Below, in pieces: positions 1 through 8,351 of a stretch of 64,000 nucleotides of DNA. Within the stretch, counting starts at the first letter, position 1; the number at the start of each line of letters is the position of its first letter. Made by a program: the position numbers and the translations under genes. The notes beneath the pieces were generated by a model. That model was not told the DNA's origin and searched no databases. It worked only from the letters and a program-made list of their open reading frames with translations. The stretch is from an uncultured Spirochaetota bacterium (GTDB taxonomy: Bacteria; Spirochaetota; UBA4802; UBA5550): assembly GCA_963827275.1 (NCBI GenBank), contig CAWHAA010000002.1, forward strand, positions 1 through 64,000, written 5' to 3'.

Positions 1-565
1 CGTAGAGTATGGATGACGGCGCACCGAATTCGACCAGCGTGCCGAACAGCCAGTCGATCTCCGGCCGTCGGATGCGGGTGGTGAGCTTGCCGTCGGAGTA
101 GGCGCCCGCGCCCCCCTCGCCGAAGAGGACATTGCTCCGCTCGTCGAGGATGCCCCGGCTCTCCAGCAGCTCGATGTCCTTCATGCGCTCTTCAACCGGC
201 TTGCCGCGTTCAAACAGCTCAACACGCGCCCCGGCCTGTATCAGCCTGAGGGCACAGAAAAGCCCGGCAGGTCCGCTGCCGGCGATGAAAACGGAGAGGG
301 GTTTCTGACATGGTGCGGGGACCGGGTATTCCTTCGGCTGGTAAACGGAGATATCCTTATGTGTTAAAAGTAACGCCGCCCGGTCATCGGGAACATCGAT
401 GACGATCCGGTAGCGGTACACGATGCGGTCCTTGTTGCGGGCGTCGAGTGATTTGCGCTCGATTGAGCAGGGGCAATCGGCGCCGTAGCGCTCTTTGATA
501 ATATCCCTGATCCGATCAGGATCTTCGCCGGGAAGAAGAACCAGATTGTCGATAAGGAGTTTCAT
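1..565 (-). CDS. FAD/NAD(P)-dependent oxidoreductase; N-terminal part only, runs off the window edge
   Basis: Manual translation from ATG at 565: MKLLIDNL...KSLDAR...IAGSGPAGLFCA (Rossmann motif)...ERGKPVEER...SNVLFGEGGAGAYSDGKLTTR. Confidence 0.85.
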   Translation of the reverse strand, partial: MKLLIDNLVLLPGEDPDRIRDIIKERYGADCPCSIERKSLDARNKDRIVYRYRIVIDVPDDRAALLLTHKDISVYQPKEYPVPAPCQKPLSVFIAGSGPAGLFCALRLIQAGARVELFERGKPVEERMKDIELLESRGILDERSNVLFGEGGAGAYSDGKLTTRIRRPEIDWLFGTLVEFGAPSSILY

Positions 566-589
566 CCGCGGACACTCCGGCGCACCGCC

Positions 590-1492
590 TCAGCCTCTGA
601 TAAAGTCAGGGTCCCTGAACTTCGGGTTCGGATAGTCATAAAACCCCTTTTTGGTTTTTATCCCGAGGTGGCCCCGGTCAACATATTTTTTTACAAATTC
701 AGCATTGCGGACCTTCTGAGGATCTTTCAGCACGCGGGCCCAGAAATCGTTCACTTTCCAGACCGTCTGGAGCCCCACGCTGTCCATGATGCCGAACGGG
801 CCTACCACCATCCCCATGACACCCATCCATGAGCGGTCAATGTTCTCTATTGACGTCACGCCATTGGACGCGAGGGTGAGCGCCGATTCGAACAGGTTCA
901 CCAGCATGAAGTTGAACACGTACCCCACGCTCTCCCGCTCCATGACGATCGGCGTCTGGCCGATGCGGACGGCGAAGTCGCGCACGAGCGCGATGGTCTC
1001 CGGCGACGTGCCCGGGTGCGGCATCACGTCAACAATCGTCGTGGTGTGCACGTCGTGAAAATGGAGCGCGGCAAACCGGTCCGGACGCCCCGTGTCAGCG
1101 GCGAACATGGACGGCAGCAGCGTCGAGGTGTTGGTGGTGAATATCGTGCGCGCCGGGCATATGGCGTTGAGCTGCGCGAACACCTGCCCCTTGAGCTTCG
1201 GGTCTTCGGGGATCGACTCGCTCACCAGGTCGATGTCCGCGCCCGCTTCCCCGAGGGAGGTATACGGTGTCAGGCGGTTATACGCCGCAGCCTTATCCCC
1301 CTCGGAGAGCTTCCGGTGCCTGACGAAATAGCCGAGCAGCGAGTCAATTTTTTCCATCCCGCTGTCGAGAAATTCCTTTTTCACATCATACAGATTGACC
1401 GCCATACCGTGTATGAGGCAGACCGCCGCGATCTGCTGCCCCATGGTACCGCTGCCGACGACGAGGACCTTTTTAATATCATCACTTTTCAT
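590..1492 (-). CDS. 3-hydroxyacyl-CoA dehydrogenase
   Basis: GSGTMG Rossmann motif; ESIPE; TNTSTL; LHF; GPFGIMDSVGL; LGIKTKKGFY. Confidence 0.9.
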   Translation of the reverse strand: MKSDDIKKVLVVGSGTMGQQIAAVCLIHGMAVNLYDVKKEFLDSGMEKIDSLLGYFVRHRKLSEGDKAAAYNRLTPYTSLGEAGADIDLVSESIPEDPKLKGQVFAQLNAICPARTIFTTNTSTLLPSMFAADTGRPDRFAALHFHDVHTTTIVDVMPHPGTSPETIALVRDFAVRIGQTPIVMERESVGYVFNFMLVNLFESALTLASNGVTSIENIDRSWMGVMGMVVGPFGIMDSVGLQTVWKVNDFWARVLKDPQKVRNAEFVKKYVDRGHLGIKTKKGFYDYPNPKFRDPDFIRG

Positions 1493-1534
1493 ATATTCCC
1501 CTCATATTCTTTTGCCCCTATAAGGCTTTTCGCT

Positions 1535-1550
1535 ACCCCCTTCGGGGGGT
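1535..1550. terminator. GC hairpin ACCCCC-TTCG-GGGGGT between the SDR and HADH genes (terminator or mRNA stabiliser)
   Basis: Perfect 6-bp stem with a 4-nt loop; no clear U-tract. Confidence 0.35.
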
Positions 1551-1574
1551 TTGGGAGTCTTGTGTACCGAATAC

Positions 1575-2357
1575 TTACGCAAGCATCCCGCCATCCACGA
1601 TGATGCATGCACCGGTCGTATAGGACGCGGCGTCGGACACCAGATACACCACCGCGCCGGCCATTTCATCCGGCTGGGCTACCCTGGCCATGGGGATGGT
1701 CGGCAGCACTATCTTTTCCAGGATGGCCGGGTTCTTCGTTATGGCAGCGGAAAATTTCGTGTCGGTCATGCCCGGCAGCACCGCGTTGACGCGGATCCCG
1801 TACGGCGCGAGCTCCTTGGCGAACGACTTGGTCATTGAAATGACGCCCGCCTTGGTGATCGAGTACATCCCCTGGAGCGGGGCCGGTTTTATCCCGTTGA
1901 CCGAGCTGATGTTCACGATGGATCCCCCGCCCTTTTCCTTCATGATCTTCGCCGCCTGCTGCGTCATGAAAAAAAATCCCTTCAGGTTCACCGAAAAGGT
2001 TTTGTCCCACGCCGATTCAGGCGCGTCCAGGTTGCTCCCGAAAAACGGGTTGGTGGCCGAGTTGTTCACCAGGATATCGATTGAATCGTACTTCTCCCTG
2101 ACCTGCCTGAAGAGATCGTCTATTTCATTCATGTTCCCGATGTTGCACGGGATCGATACGGCCTTCCCGCCGCCGGCGGTGATTCTATTCTCGACTTCTT
2201 TCAGCCCCTCGAGTTTCCTGCTCACCAGGATGACCTCGGCCCCCAGTGACGCGAGCGTCACCGCTATTGACTCACCTATGCCCCTGCTGGCCCCGGTAAC
2301 GAGCGCCCTCTTCCCGGTAAAGTCAACCTGTTTCAGATACGCACTGTCCCTTTTCAT
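1575..2357 (-). CDS. Short-chain dehydrogenase/reductase (DHRS4/LvaD-like)
   Basis: TGASRGIG; NNSATNP; YSITK catalytic motif; start taken at MKRDS. Confidence 0.9.
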   Translation of the reverse strand: MKRDSAYLKQVDFTGKRALVTGASRGIGESIAVTLASLGAEVILVSRKLEGLKEVENRITAGGGKAVSIPCNIGNMNEIDDLFRQVREKYDSIDILVNNSATNPFFGSNLDAPESAWDKTFSVNLKGFFFMTQQAAKIMKEKGGGSIVNISSVNGIKPAPLQGMYSITKAGVISMTKSFAKELAPYGIRVNAVLPGMTDTKFSAAITKNPAILEKIVLPTIPMARVAQPDEMAGAVVYLVSDAASYTTGACIIVDGGMLA

Positions 2358-2379
2358 TGTCCGGCTCCTGTAGTAGTGT

Positions 2380-3446
2380 TTACCATTTTGACGTTTCAAC
2401 GACCTGCTTCGCGACGGTCTCCAGGATCTTCACCGCTCCGATCAGCATCTTGAAGCGCTCATCCTTTGTCTGCCCGTGGAAATACCGGTAATAGATCTGC
2501 TGCGCAATGACCGCGAGCCTGAAGACACCGAAGCAGAAGTAAAAATCAAACGCATGTATCGTGCGGCCCATTACCTGCCCGTAGAGGGCGACCTGCTCCT
2601 TCCGGCTGAGCATGCCCTCAATATTGGTGGCCATCATCCGGACAGCTGCACCGCGGGGGGGTCGTCCTTCTCTACCCAGTAGGCGAGGGAGTTTCCCAGG
2701 TCCATGAGGGGATCGCCGATGGTCGCCATCTCCCAGTCAAGTATGCCGATGATCTCGAGCGGGTTGTCCGGGTTCAGGACCACGTTATCGAACTTGTAGT
2801 CATTGTGAATGACGCAGGGCACATCGGTATCGCCCGGCATTTTTTCAGTGAGCCATTTCATGACCACCTCGTAATCGGGCGCGTCCGGCGTGCGGGCGTC
2901 GCGGTACCTGCCGATCCAGCCCTCGACCTGCCGCTTCACGTATCCCTCGGGCCTGCCGAAATCGCCGAGACCCGCTTTTTTGTAGTCTATGGAGTGGAGC
3001 TCGCACAGCACCCGGACGAGGTTTTCCGACAGGGTGCGGGCATCAGCCGTCCCGAGGTCCATTCCTTCGGGGAGCTTTTTCCGTATGATCAGGCCGTGGA
3101 TCCGCTCCATCACGTAGAACGGGCAGCCCATGACGGCAGGGTCTTCCGTGTACGCCAGCGGCTCCGGGCAGTACCTGAACACGGGCTTCAGCGCCTTGAG
3201 GATCCGGTACTCACGGGACATGTCATGGCCTGATTTCGGCTTTTTTCCGAAGGGCGGCCGCCTGAGGATCATCTCGCGATTCCCCGCCTTCACGAGGTAG
3301 GTCAGGTTTGAAAATCCGCTCGGGAACTGCTTCACGGAGAGCCCCCCCTCCAGGCCGGGGATCGTGTCCTTTAAATACGCCTCCACCGCCGCGAGATCGA
3401 GCTCCTCGCCGCTCCGTATATCAACCGGTTCATCTTTTCGTGCCAT
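2380..3446 (-). CDS. Phosphotransferase (APH/ACAD10-11 kinase-like, LvaA-like), split by a one-base frameshift near 2640-2661
   Basis: QFPSGFSNLTY, LRRPP, HDMSREY, HNDYKFDN and LDWEMATIGDPLMDLG in one frame; the C-terminus (FRLAVIAQQIYYRY) continues in the 2380-2637 frame. Confidence 0.85.
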
Positions 3447-3502
3447 TGTAGCCTCCTCTGCCGCCGTCCGGCGCCGCCGCATAGCGCAGTGCGCCGTCCG
3501 GT

Positions 3503-4189
3503 CTACTGTTTTTTTACGATGAATGATTCAACCACATCTATGACAAATTGCGCGTACTCATCAACCGGGATATGCCGCTGGGTGTACTTCCACTGCTTGA
3601 GGTACCAGTCCTGCATCATTGCCTTGATTACCGAACCCATCAGCGGAATATTATCGACAACGAACAACCCGGCTTTCACGCCCCGCTCCAGTATGTCGGT
3701 GATGAACCGCTCCGTCATGAGTTCGCTCTTGACCGATATGTTGCGGTATTTCTGGTTCAGGTTTTTCGTCTCCATGAAAAAGAAGTAGAACCAGCTCTTC
3801 ATCAACTCGCTCAGGAACAGGTGCGCGCGGATCGCGTCCCGCAGCATGGCACGCGGGTCGCTGCCGGTGCCGATGTTCTCGGTCAGTATTTTTTCCACGG
3901 CAAGCTGCCCCTGGCACTGGATCATGCCCAGGAGCTCGTCCTTGCTGGAAAAATAGGTATAGAGCGCCCCCATGGACAGGCCTGACTGGACGCTCAGGTC
4001 CCGCAGGCTCATGGCGTCAAAGCCCTTCTTGAAGCTCAGCTCAAGGGTGGCGTTGACGATCGCGGTCAGGTTCTTCACCGCGACGTCTTCTTTCTTGATT
4101 TTAAACTGGGAGCGGTTCTCCCGGTAAAAATCCCTGCAGAGGTCTTCCACGGTCACCATCACCCGTTGGCTGAATTCGCTGAAAGTCAC
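3503..4189 (-). CDS. TetR/AcrR family transcriptional regulator
   Basis: HTH: KKGFDAMSLRDLSVQSGLSMGALYTYFSSKDELL. Confidence 0.9.
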   Translation of the reverse strand: MTFSEFSQRVMVTVEDLCRDFYRENRSQFKIKKEDVAVKNLTAIVNATLELSFKKGFDAMSLRDLSVQSGLSMGALYTYFSSKDELLGMIQCQGQLAVEKILTENIGTGSDPRAMLRDAIRAHLFLSELMKSWFYFFFMETKNLNQKYRNISVKSELMTERFITDILERGVKAGLFVVDNIPLMGSVIKAMMQDWYLKQWKYTQRHIPVDEYAQFVIDVVESFIVKKQ

Positions 4190-4197
4190 GTGTGCCC

Positions 4198-5415
4198 CTA
4201 TTTCTTTCCCTTCTTCGAAGCCTCATCGTACCGCTTGAGGGTGCGCGTTGCGAACGAGGTCTTGTGCACCTCGTCGGCGCCGTCGTAGATACGGGCGGCC
4301 CGCTCGTGGCGGTAGAAATACGCCAGGATCGTGTCGTCCGTCATGCCGAGACCGCCGTGCACCTGGAGCGCCCGGTCAACGACCCGGTTCATGGTGTTCG
4401 CGACGACCCACTTGATCATGGCGACGTCGTCCCGCGACTCCTTGGCGCCGACCGTGTCGATGCGCCAGGCCGCGTACAGGGTCATCAGCCGCGCCGCCTG
4501 TATCTCGGCCGCCGAGTCCGCGACCCAGTTCTGCACGGTCTGCCGTGTCGCCAGGGTCTTCCCGCCCGGCGCGATCACGCGCGCGTTCGCCCGGTTGCAC
4601 AGCAGGTCAAACGACCGCTTGCAGATGCCGAGCCACCGCATGCAGTGGTGGATCCGCCCCGGCCCCAGACGGTCCTGCGCGAGGATGAAGCCGTGCCCCT
4701 CGGGTCCCAGGAGGTTCTTCTGGGGAACGCGGCAGTTCTGGAACAGGATCTCGCCGTGGCTGGCGTAATCGCTGCCGGAATGGCCCATGACCGGGATGTT
4801 CCGCACCAGGTTGAACCCGGGATTGTCGGTGGGCACGATGATCATGCTCGCCTGCAGGTAGGTGGGCGCCTCCGGATTGGTCACCGCCATGACGATGCTG
4901 AACGTCGAGCCGTCAGCGGCGGTGCTGTACCACTTGTGCCCGTTGATGACGTAGTCGCTCCCGTCCTTTACCGCGGTGGTCTCGAGCATCACCGGGTTTG
5001 ACCCGGGCATGTCCACTTCGGTCATGGAAAAGCAGCTCCTTATTGTGCCCGCCACGAGCGGTTTCAGGTACTGCTCCTTCTGCTCCTTTGTCCCGTGCAG
5101 GTGGAGTATTTCGATGTTGCCGGCGTCCGGCGCCTGGCACCCGAACACGTAGTGTCCTAGCGGTGTACGGCCCAGGGCCTCGGACACGAGCCCGTGCTCC
5201 AGCATGGTGAGCCCCATGCCGCCCAGCTCTTTTGGATGGTTCGGCCCCCAGAGCTCCATCTGCCGCACCATCCGCCGCTTCTCCTCGAGCGCGGGCACCA
5301 TGTCCCTGAACTCGGTGGTCACGAATTCCGGCTCCATCGGGATCAGCTCTTTATCGATGAAATCGTTGATCATGCCCAGCACGGTCTTCATCTTGTCAGA
5401 TATTGTAAAATCCAT
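4198..5415 (-). CDS. Acyl-CoA dehydrogenase (ACAD10/11, LvaC-like subfamily)
   Basis: CQAPDAGNIE; RSCFSMTE; INGHKW; AQDRLGPGRIHHCMR; RIYDGADEVH; GGAGG RBS before MDF. Confidence 0.9.
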   Translation of the reverse strand: MDFTISDKMKTVLGMINDFIDKELIPMEPEFVTTEFRDMVPALEEKRRMVRQMELWGPNHPKELGGMGLTMLEHGLVSEALGRTPLGHYVFGCQAPDAGNIEILHLHGTKEQKEQYLKPLVAGTIRSCFSMTEVDMPGSNPVMLETTAVKDGSDYVINGHKWYSTAADGSTFSIVMAVTNPEAPTYLQASMIIVPTDNPGFNLVRNIPVMGHSGSDYASHGEILFQNCRVPQKNLLGPEGHGFILAQDRLGPGRIHHCMRWLGICKRSFDLLCNRANARVIAPGGKTLATRQTVQNWVADSAAEIQAARLMTLYAAWRIDTVGAKESRDDVAMIKWVVANTMNRVVDRALQVHGGLGMTDDTILAYFYRHERAARIYDGADEVHKTSFATRTLKRYDEASKKGKK

Positions 5416-5435
5416 GTCGTCCTCCTGCATCAGTT

Positions 5436-6146
5436 TTATCTATAGGTAATCAGCTTCCCGTCATGTTCCCGCTCGAGATGCGGATATTCATTGAAGGTGA
5501 AGAGCATGATCCGGTCAGCGGTGCTTTTAAACCTGCTGATGGATGAATTCACGATCTGCTCCGCCACGCGCATGGTATCGTCATTGGCAAGGTTCAGGGT
5601 CCGCCTGACCGCGACCGAGATGCTTCCGCCCGAGGTGAACACCGCCACGTTCTTGCCCGACCCGTCCCGCGCGAGTATCTCGTCGATGGCCCTGTTGACG
5701 CCCGCCGTGAACTCCTCCCATGACAGGAGGCCCTGCCGGTCGTGGGCTCCGGACGCCCACATCGACATCAGCGCCTCGAACACCTTCTGAAATGAACGGC
5801 GGTCAGTCATCAGTTTGCCGATATGCTCCCTCAGATGAGGATTGAGCTCCATGGCGACGGGCCCCAGCGCGCGGAAAATGCTTTCCGTGGGGTATTCATT
5901 CAGCCCCTCCATCCTGCGGACTTCGGGGACGGGCTCGCCCCGCTCAGCGAGTAGTGTCAGCAATTCCTCGGCCGTTTTACGCTGGCGCTCGAGCGTCCCG
6001 GTGTACACCGCGTCGAACCGCCCGGCAGTCTCCACGAGGTAGCGGGCAAGCAGCCTTGCCTGCCGGACCCCGGTTGCGGAAAGCTCGTCGTAATTGTCCT
6101 TGCCGAACGACGCCTGGCCGTGACGCAGAAAGAATATTGTGCTCAT
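5436..6146 (-). CDS. Histidine phosphatase (phosphoglycerate mutase-like) family protein
   Basis: RHGQASFG catalytic motif; LNEY; FTSGG. Confidence 0.85.
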   Translation of the reverse strand: MSTIFFLRHGQASFGKDNYDELSATGVRQARLLARYLVETAGRFDAVYTGTLERQRKTAEELLTLLAERGEPVPEVRRMEGLNEYPTESIFRALGPVAMELNPHLREHIGKLMTDRRSFQKVFEALMSMWASGAHDRQGLLSWEEFTAGVNRAIDEILARDGSGKNVAVFTSGGSISVAVRRTLNLANDDTMRVAEQIVNSSISRFKSTADRIMLFTFNEYPHLEREHDGKLITYR

Positions 6147-6164
6147 ACCATCCTCATGAAATGC

Positions 6165-6252
6165 AGGCTACCGGCAGGCACAAAATCTGTCAAGAAAAAA
6201 AAGAGCGAACGTTCGCTTTTTTTATTGACACTGCACTACCCGTGTATATACT
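6165..6252. promoter_or_regulatory. Divergent sigma70-type promoters flanking a 14-bp perfect palindrome AGCGAACGTTCGCT (6204-6217), the likely TetR operator
   Basis: Minus strand: TTGACA (6193-6188), 17 nt, TAGCCT. Plus strand: TTGACA (6225-6230), 16 nt, TATACT (6247-6252). The palindrome lies between the two -35 boxes. Confidence 0.7.
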
Positions 6253-6260
6253 ATACCATC

Positions 6261-7034
6261 ATGAAGATACTGGTCTGCGTAAAACAGGTCCCGGACATGG
6301 AAGCGGACGTCGAAATCGACAGCGCCTGCGGCTGGGTCCGCGAAGATGACTGCATTGCCTACCGGATGAACCTCTACGACGAATACGCCCTCGAGGAAGC
6401 GGTGCAGATACGGGAGGCCCGTGGCGATGTTCTGGTTGACGTGATCTCGGTCGGACCTGAACGGGCGGCGGCATCACTCAAAAAGGGCCTTGAAAAAGGC
6501 GCAGATAACGGCATCCATATTATGCTCAAGCGGGAAGGGTACCGCCCGCCCGCGCTCATTGCCGGGCTCATAGCGGACTATGCGCGGAACAAAGGCTATG
6601 ACCTTATCCTCACCGGCGTCATGGCGGAAGATGACATGCAGTGCCAGGTGGGCCCGCTTATTGCGTCCATGCTCGGTCTCCCCTGCGCGGTATCGGTGGT
6701 CAGTGAGGCTATCAACGATGCGGAAACAGGGGTCACTGTCGACTGCGAGCTTGAAGGCGGGACCAGCGAGACCGTGGCCCTTCCTCTTCCCTGCCTGCTC
6801 ACGATCCAGTCCGGCATCAACCGGCCGCGCTATCCCTCCCTATCAAACGTGCTGCGGGCAAAGGAGCAGGCGCTGGTGACGGTGCCCGCCGACCCCGCGG
6901 GGTTTGTTCAGAGTGAGACGGTGGCATCCCTGTCCTATTCCGAATCGGCGGTAAAGGGCACAATACTCGGCGGCACGCCGGAGCAGAAGGCCGCACAGCT
7001 CCTGGAGATCCTGCATGAAAAATCGCTCTTATAA
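6261..7034 (+). CDS. etfB: Electron transfer flavoprotein subunit beta
   Basis: MKILVCVKQVPD; MNLYDEYALEEA; NRPRYPSL. Confidence 0.92.
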   Translation: MKILVCVKQVPDMEADVEIDSACGWVREDDCIAYRMNLYDEYALEEAVQIREARGDVLVDVISVGPERAAASLKKGLEKGADNGIHIMLKREGYRPPALIAGLIADYARNKGYDLILTGVMAEDDMQCQVGPLIASMLGLPCAVSVVSEAINDAETGVTVDCELEGGTSETVALPLPCLLTIQSGINRPRYPSLSNVLRAKEQALVTVPADPAGFVQSETVASLSYSESAVKGTILGGTPEQKAAQLLEILHEKSLL

Positions 7035-7051
7035 AAGGACCATGGCGGCAG

Positions 7052-8020
7052 ATGCTGATAATTATTGAAACCATAGAGAATAGAGCGGCTTCCCCGGCGT
7101 TCGAGCTGATAACCTTAGCGGAAGAGCTCGCCGGTACAGATCGTTCGCGCATCCGGGTGATCGTCGCCGGCGAACACGTCGCCGCCGCGGCGGAACATGC
7201 AGCGCTGTACGGCCATGACGTGATCGCCCTCGAGCACCCGTCCATGCGTTTTCCCAACCCCGACCTGCTCGCCGCGGAAACGGTGCGTCTTGTCGAAGAA
7301 TTCCGTCCCCGCTACGTGTTCCTCCCGCACACGATGCGGGGCTGCCAGGCCGCCGCCCGCGTGTCTGCCGCGACCGGCCTCTCCTGCATCACCGGCGTCG
7401 AATCGTTCACGGGTGAGGAGGCAACGCCGGTGTTCCGGAAGCCGGTCATCAACGGGAAGCTCGTTATCGGCCTGGCCGCGGGCGGCGGGCGCGCCGCTGT
7501 CACGGTGCTGCCCGGCGCGTACCGCGCGCCGGACATCGTCGGAACACCCCGCGCACCGGGCACACTGGAGACCCGCGTCCCCTCCGATCACTCCTCCCCA
7601 TGCGTGCCGCTCGGGCTCCGCGAACAGGAGGGAGAATCGGTGCGCCTGGAAGAATCTGACGTCATCATTGCGGCCGGGAGGGGGATAGGGACGAAAGACA
7701 ACCTGGCGCTTGTCCGCGCCGTGGCGAAGCTCTTCCCCAACGCGGCAATCGGCGCCTCGCGCACTGTCGTGGACCAGAAATGGCTCCCCTACGCACACCA
7801 GGTGGGGGTCACCGGGAAGACCGTGGCGCCGAAGCTGTACATGGCCTGCGGAATATCGGGCGCGCAGCAGCACATCGCGGGCATGAAGGGATCGCGCATG
7901 ATCGTGGCGATAAACAGGGACCCCCATGCCGCCATATTCTCCATCGCGGATTATATCATAGTCGAAGACCTGACAACGTTCCTGCCATTGTTGGTCGAAG
8001 CGCACGCGAAGAAAAAATAA
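7052..8020 (+). CDS. etfA: Electron transfer flavoprotein subunit alpha
   Basis: AAGRGIG; GASR; QVGVTGKTVAPKLYMACGISGAQQH; AINRDPHAAIF. Confidence 0.92.
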   Translation: MLIIIETIENRAASPAFELITLAEELAGTDRSRIRVIVAGEHVAAAAEHAALYGHDVIALEHPSMRFPNPDLLAAETVRLVEEFRPRYVFLPHTMRGCQAAARVSAATGLSCITGVESFTGEEATPVFRKPVINGKLVIGLAAGGGRAAVTVLPGAYRAPDIVGTPRAPGTLETRVPSDHSSPCVPLGLREQEGESVRLEESDVIIAAGRGIGTKDNLALVRAVAKLFPNAAIGASRTVVDQKWLPYAHQVGVTGKTVAPKLYMACGISGAQQHIAGMKGSRMIVAINRDPHAAIFSIADYIIVEDLTTFLPLLVEAHAKKK

Positions 8021-8094
8021 ATGGCGCGCCTGTTAGAAATATAGTATTGACATTACAATACCCCTTCTGGAAATTCATCTGTAGAATCACCCCT

Positions 8095-8268
8095 GGTGTC
8101 CCGGGAGGACTGTTCCGGCGTTTGGATAATGCCCCCGGTCATTGACCCGGTATGTTTCACGGGCATATCAACAACCGTGAAAGTGGGCGATACTACAACT
8201 ATTACCTACAAGACCCGGTGTGAGTAGGATGGTTTCAGGAACAGGCGCCTCATCCCCGGGAGACGACC
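8095..8268 (+). ncRNA. Candidate structured ncRNA (6S-like rod or cis-regulatory leader)
   Basis: 5' GGTGTCCCGGGAGGACTGTTCC pairs with 3' GGAACAGGCGCCTCATCCCCGGGAGACGACC; internal perfect stem TTTCACGG/CCGTGAAA; TTGACA at 8047-8052 upstream. Confidence 0.4.
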
Positions 8269-8351
8269 TGATAAAAAATTCTTGCAATATCAGAATACGA
8301 AAGCCACCATGCTAACAAATGTAACGGTCAGGGGACGCAGGAACGGCGAGA

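Noticed and set aside
8129..8227. Mini-ORF as RiPP precursor for the spiro-SPASM enzyme
   Set aside because: Separated from it by cimA and surA; the SPASM protein's N-domain and neighbours point to sugar-nucleotide chemistry
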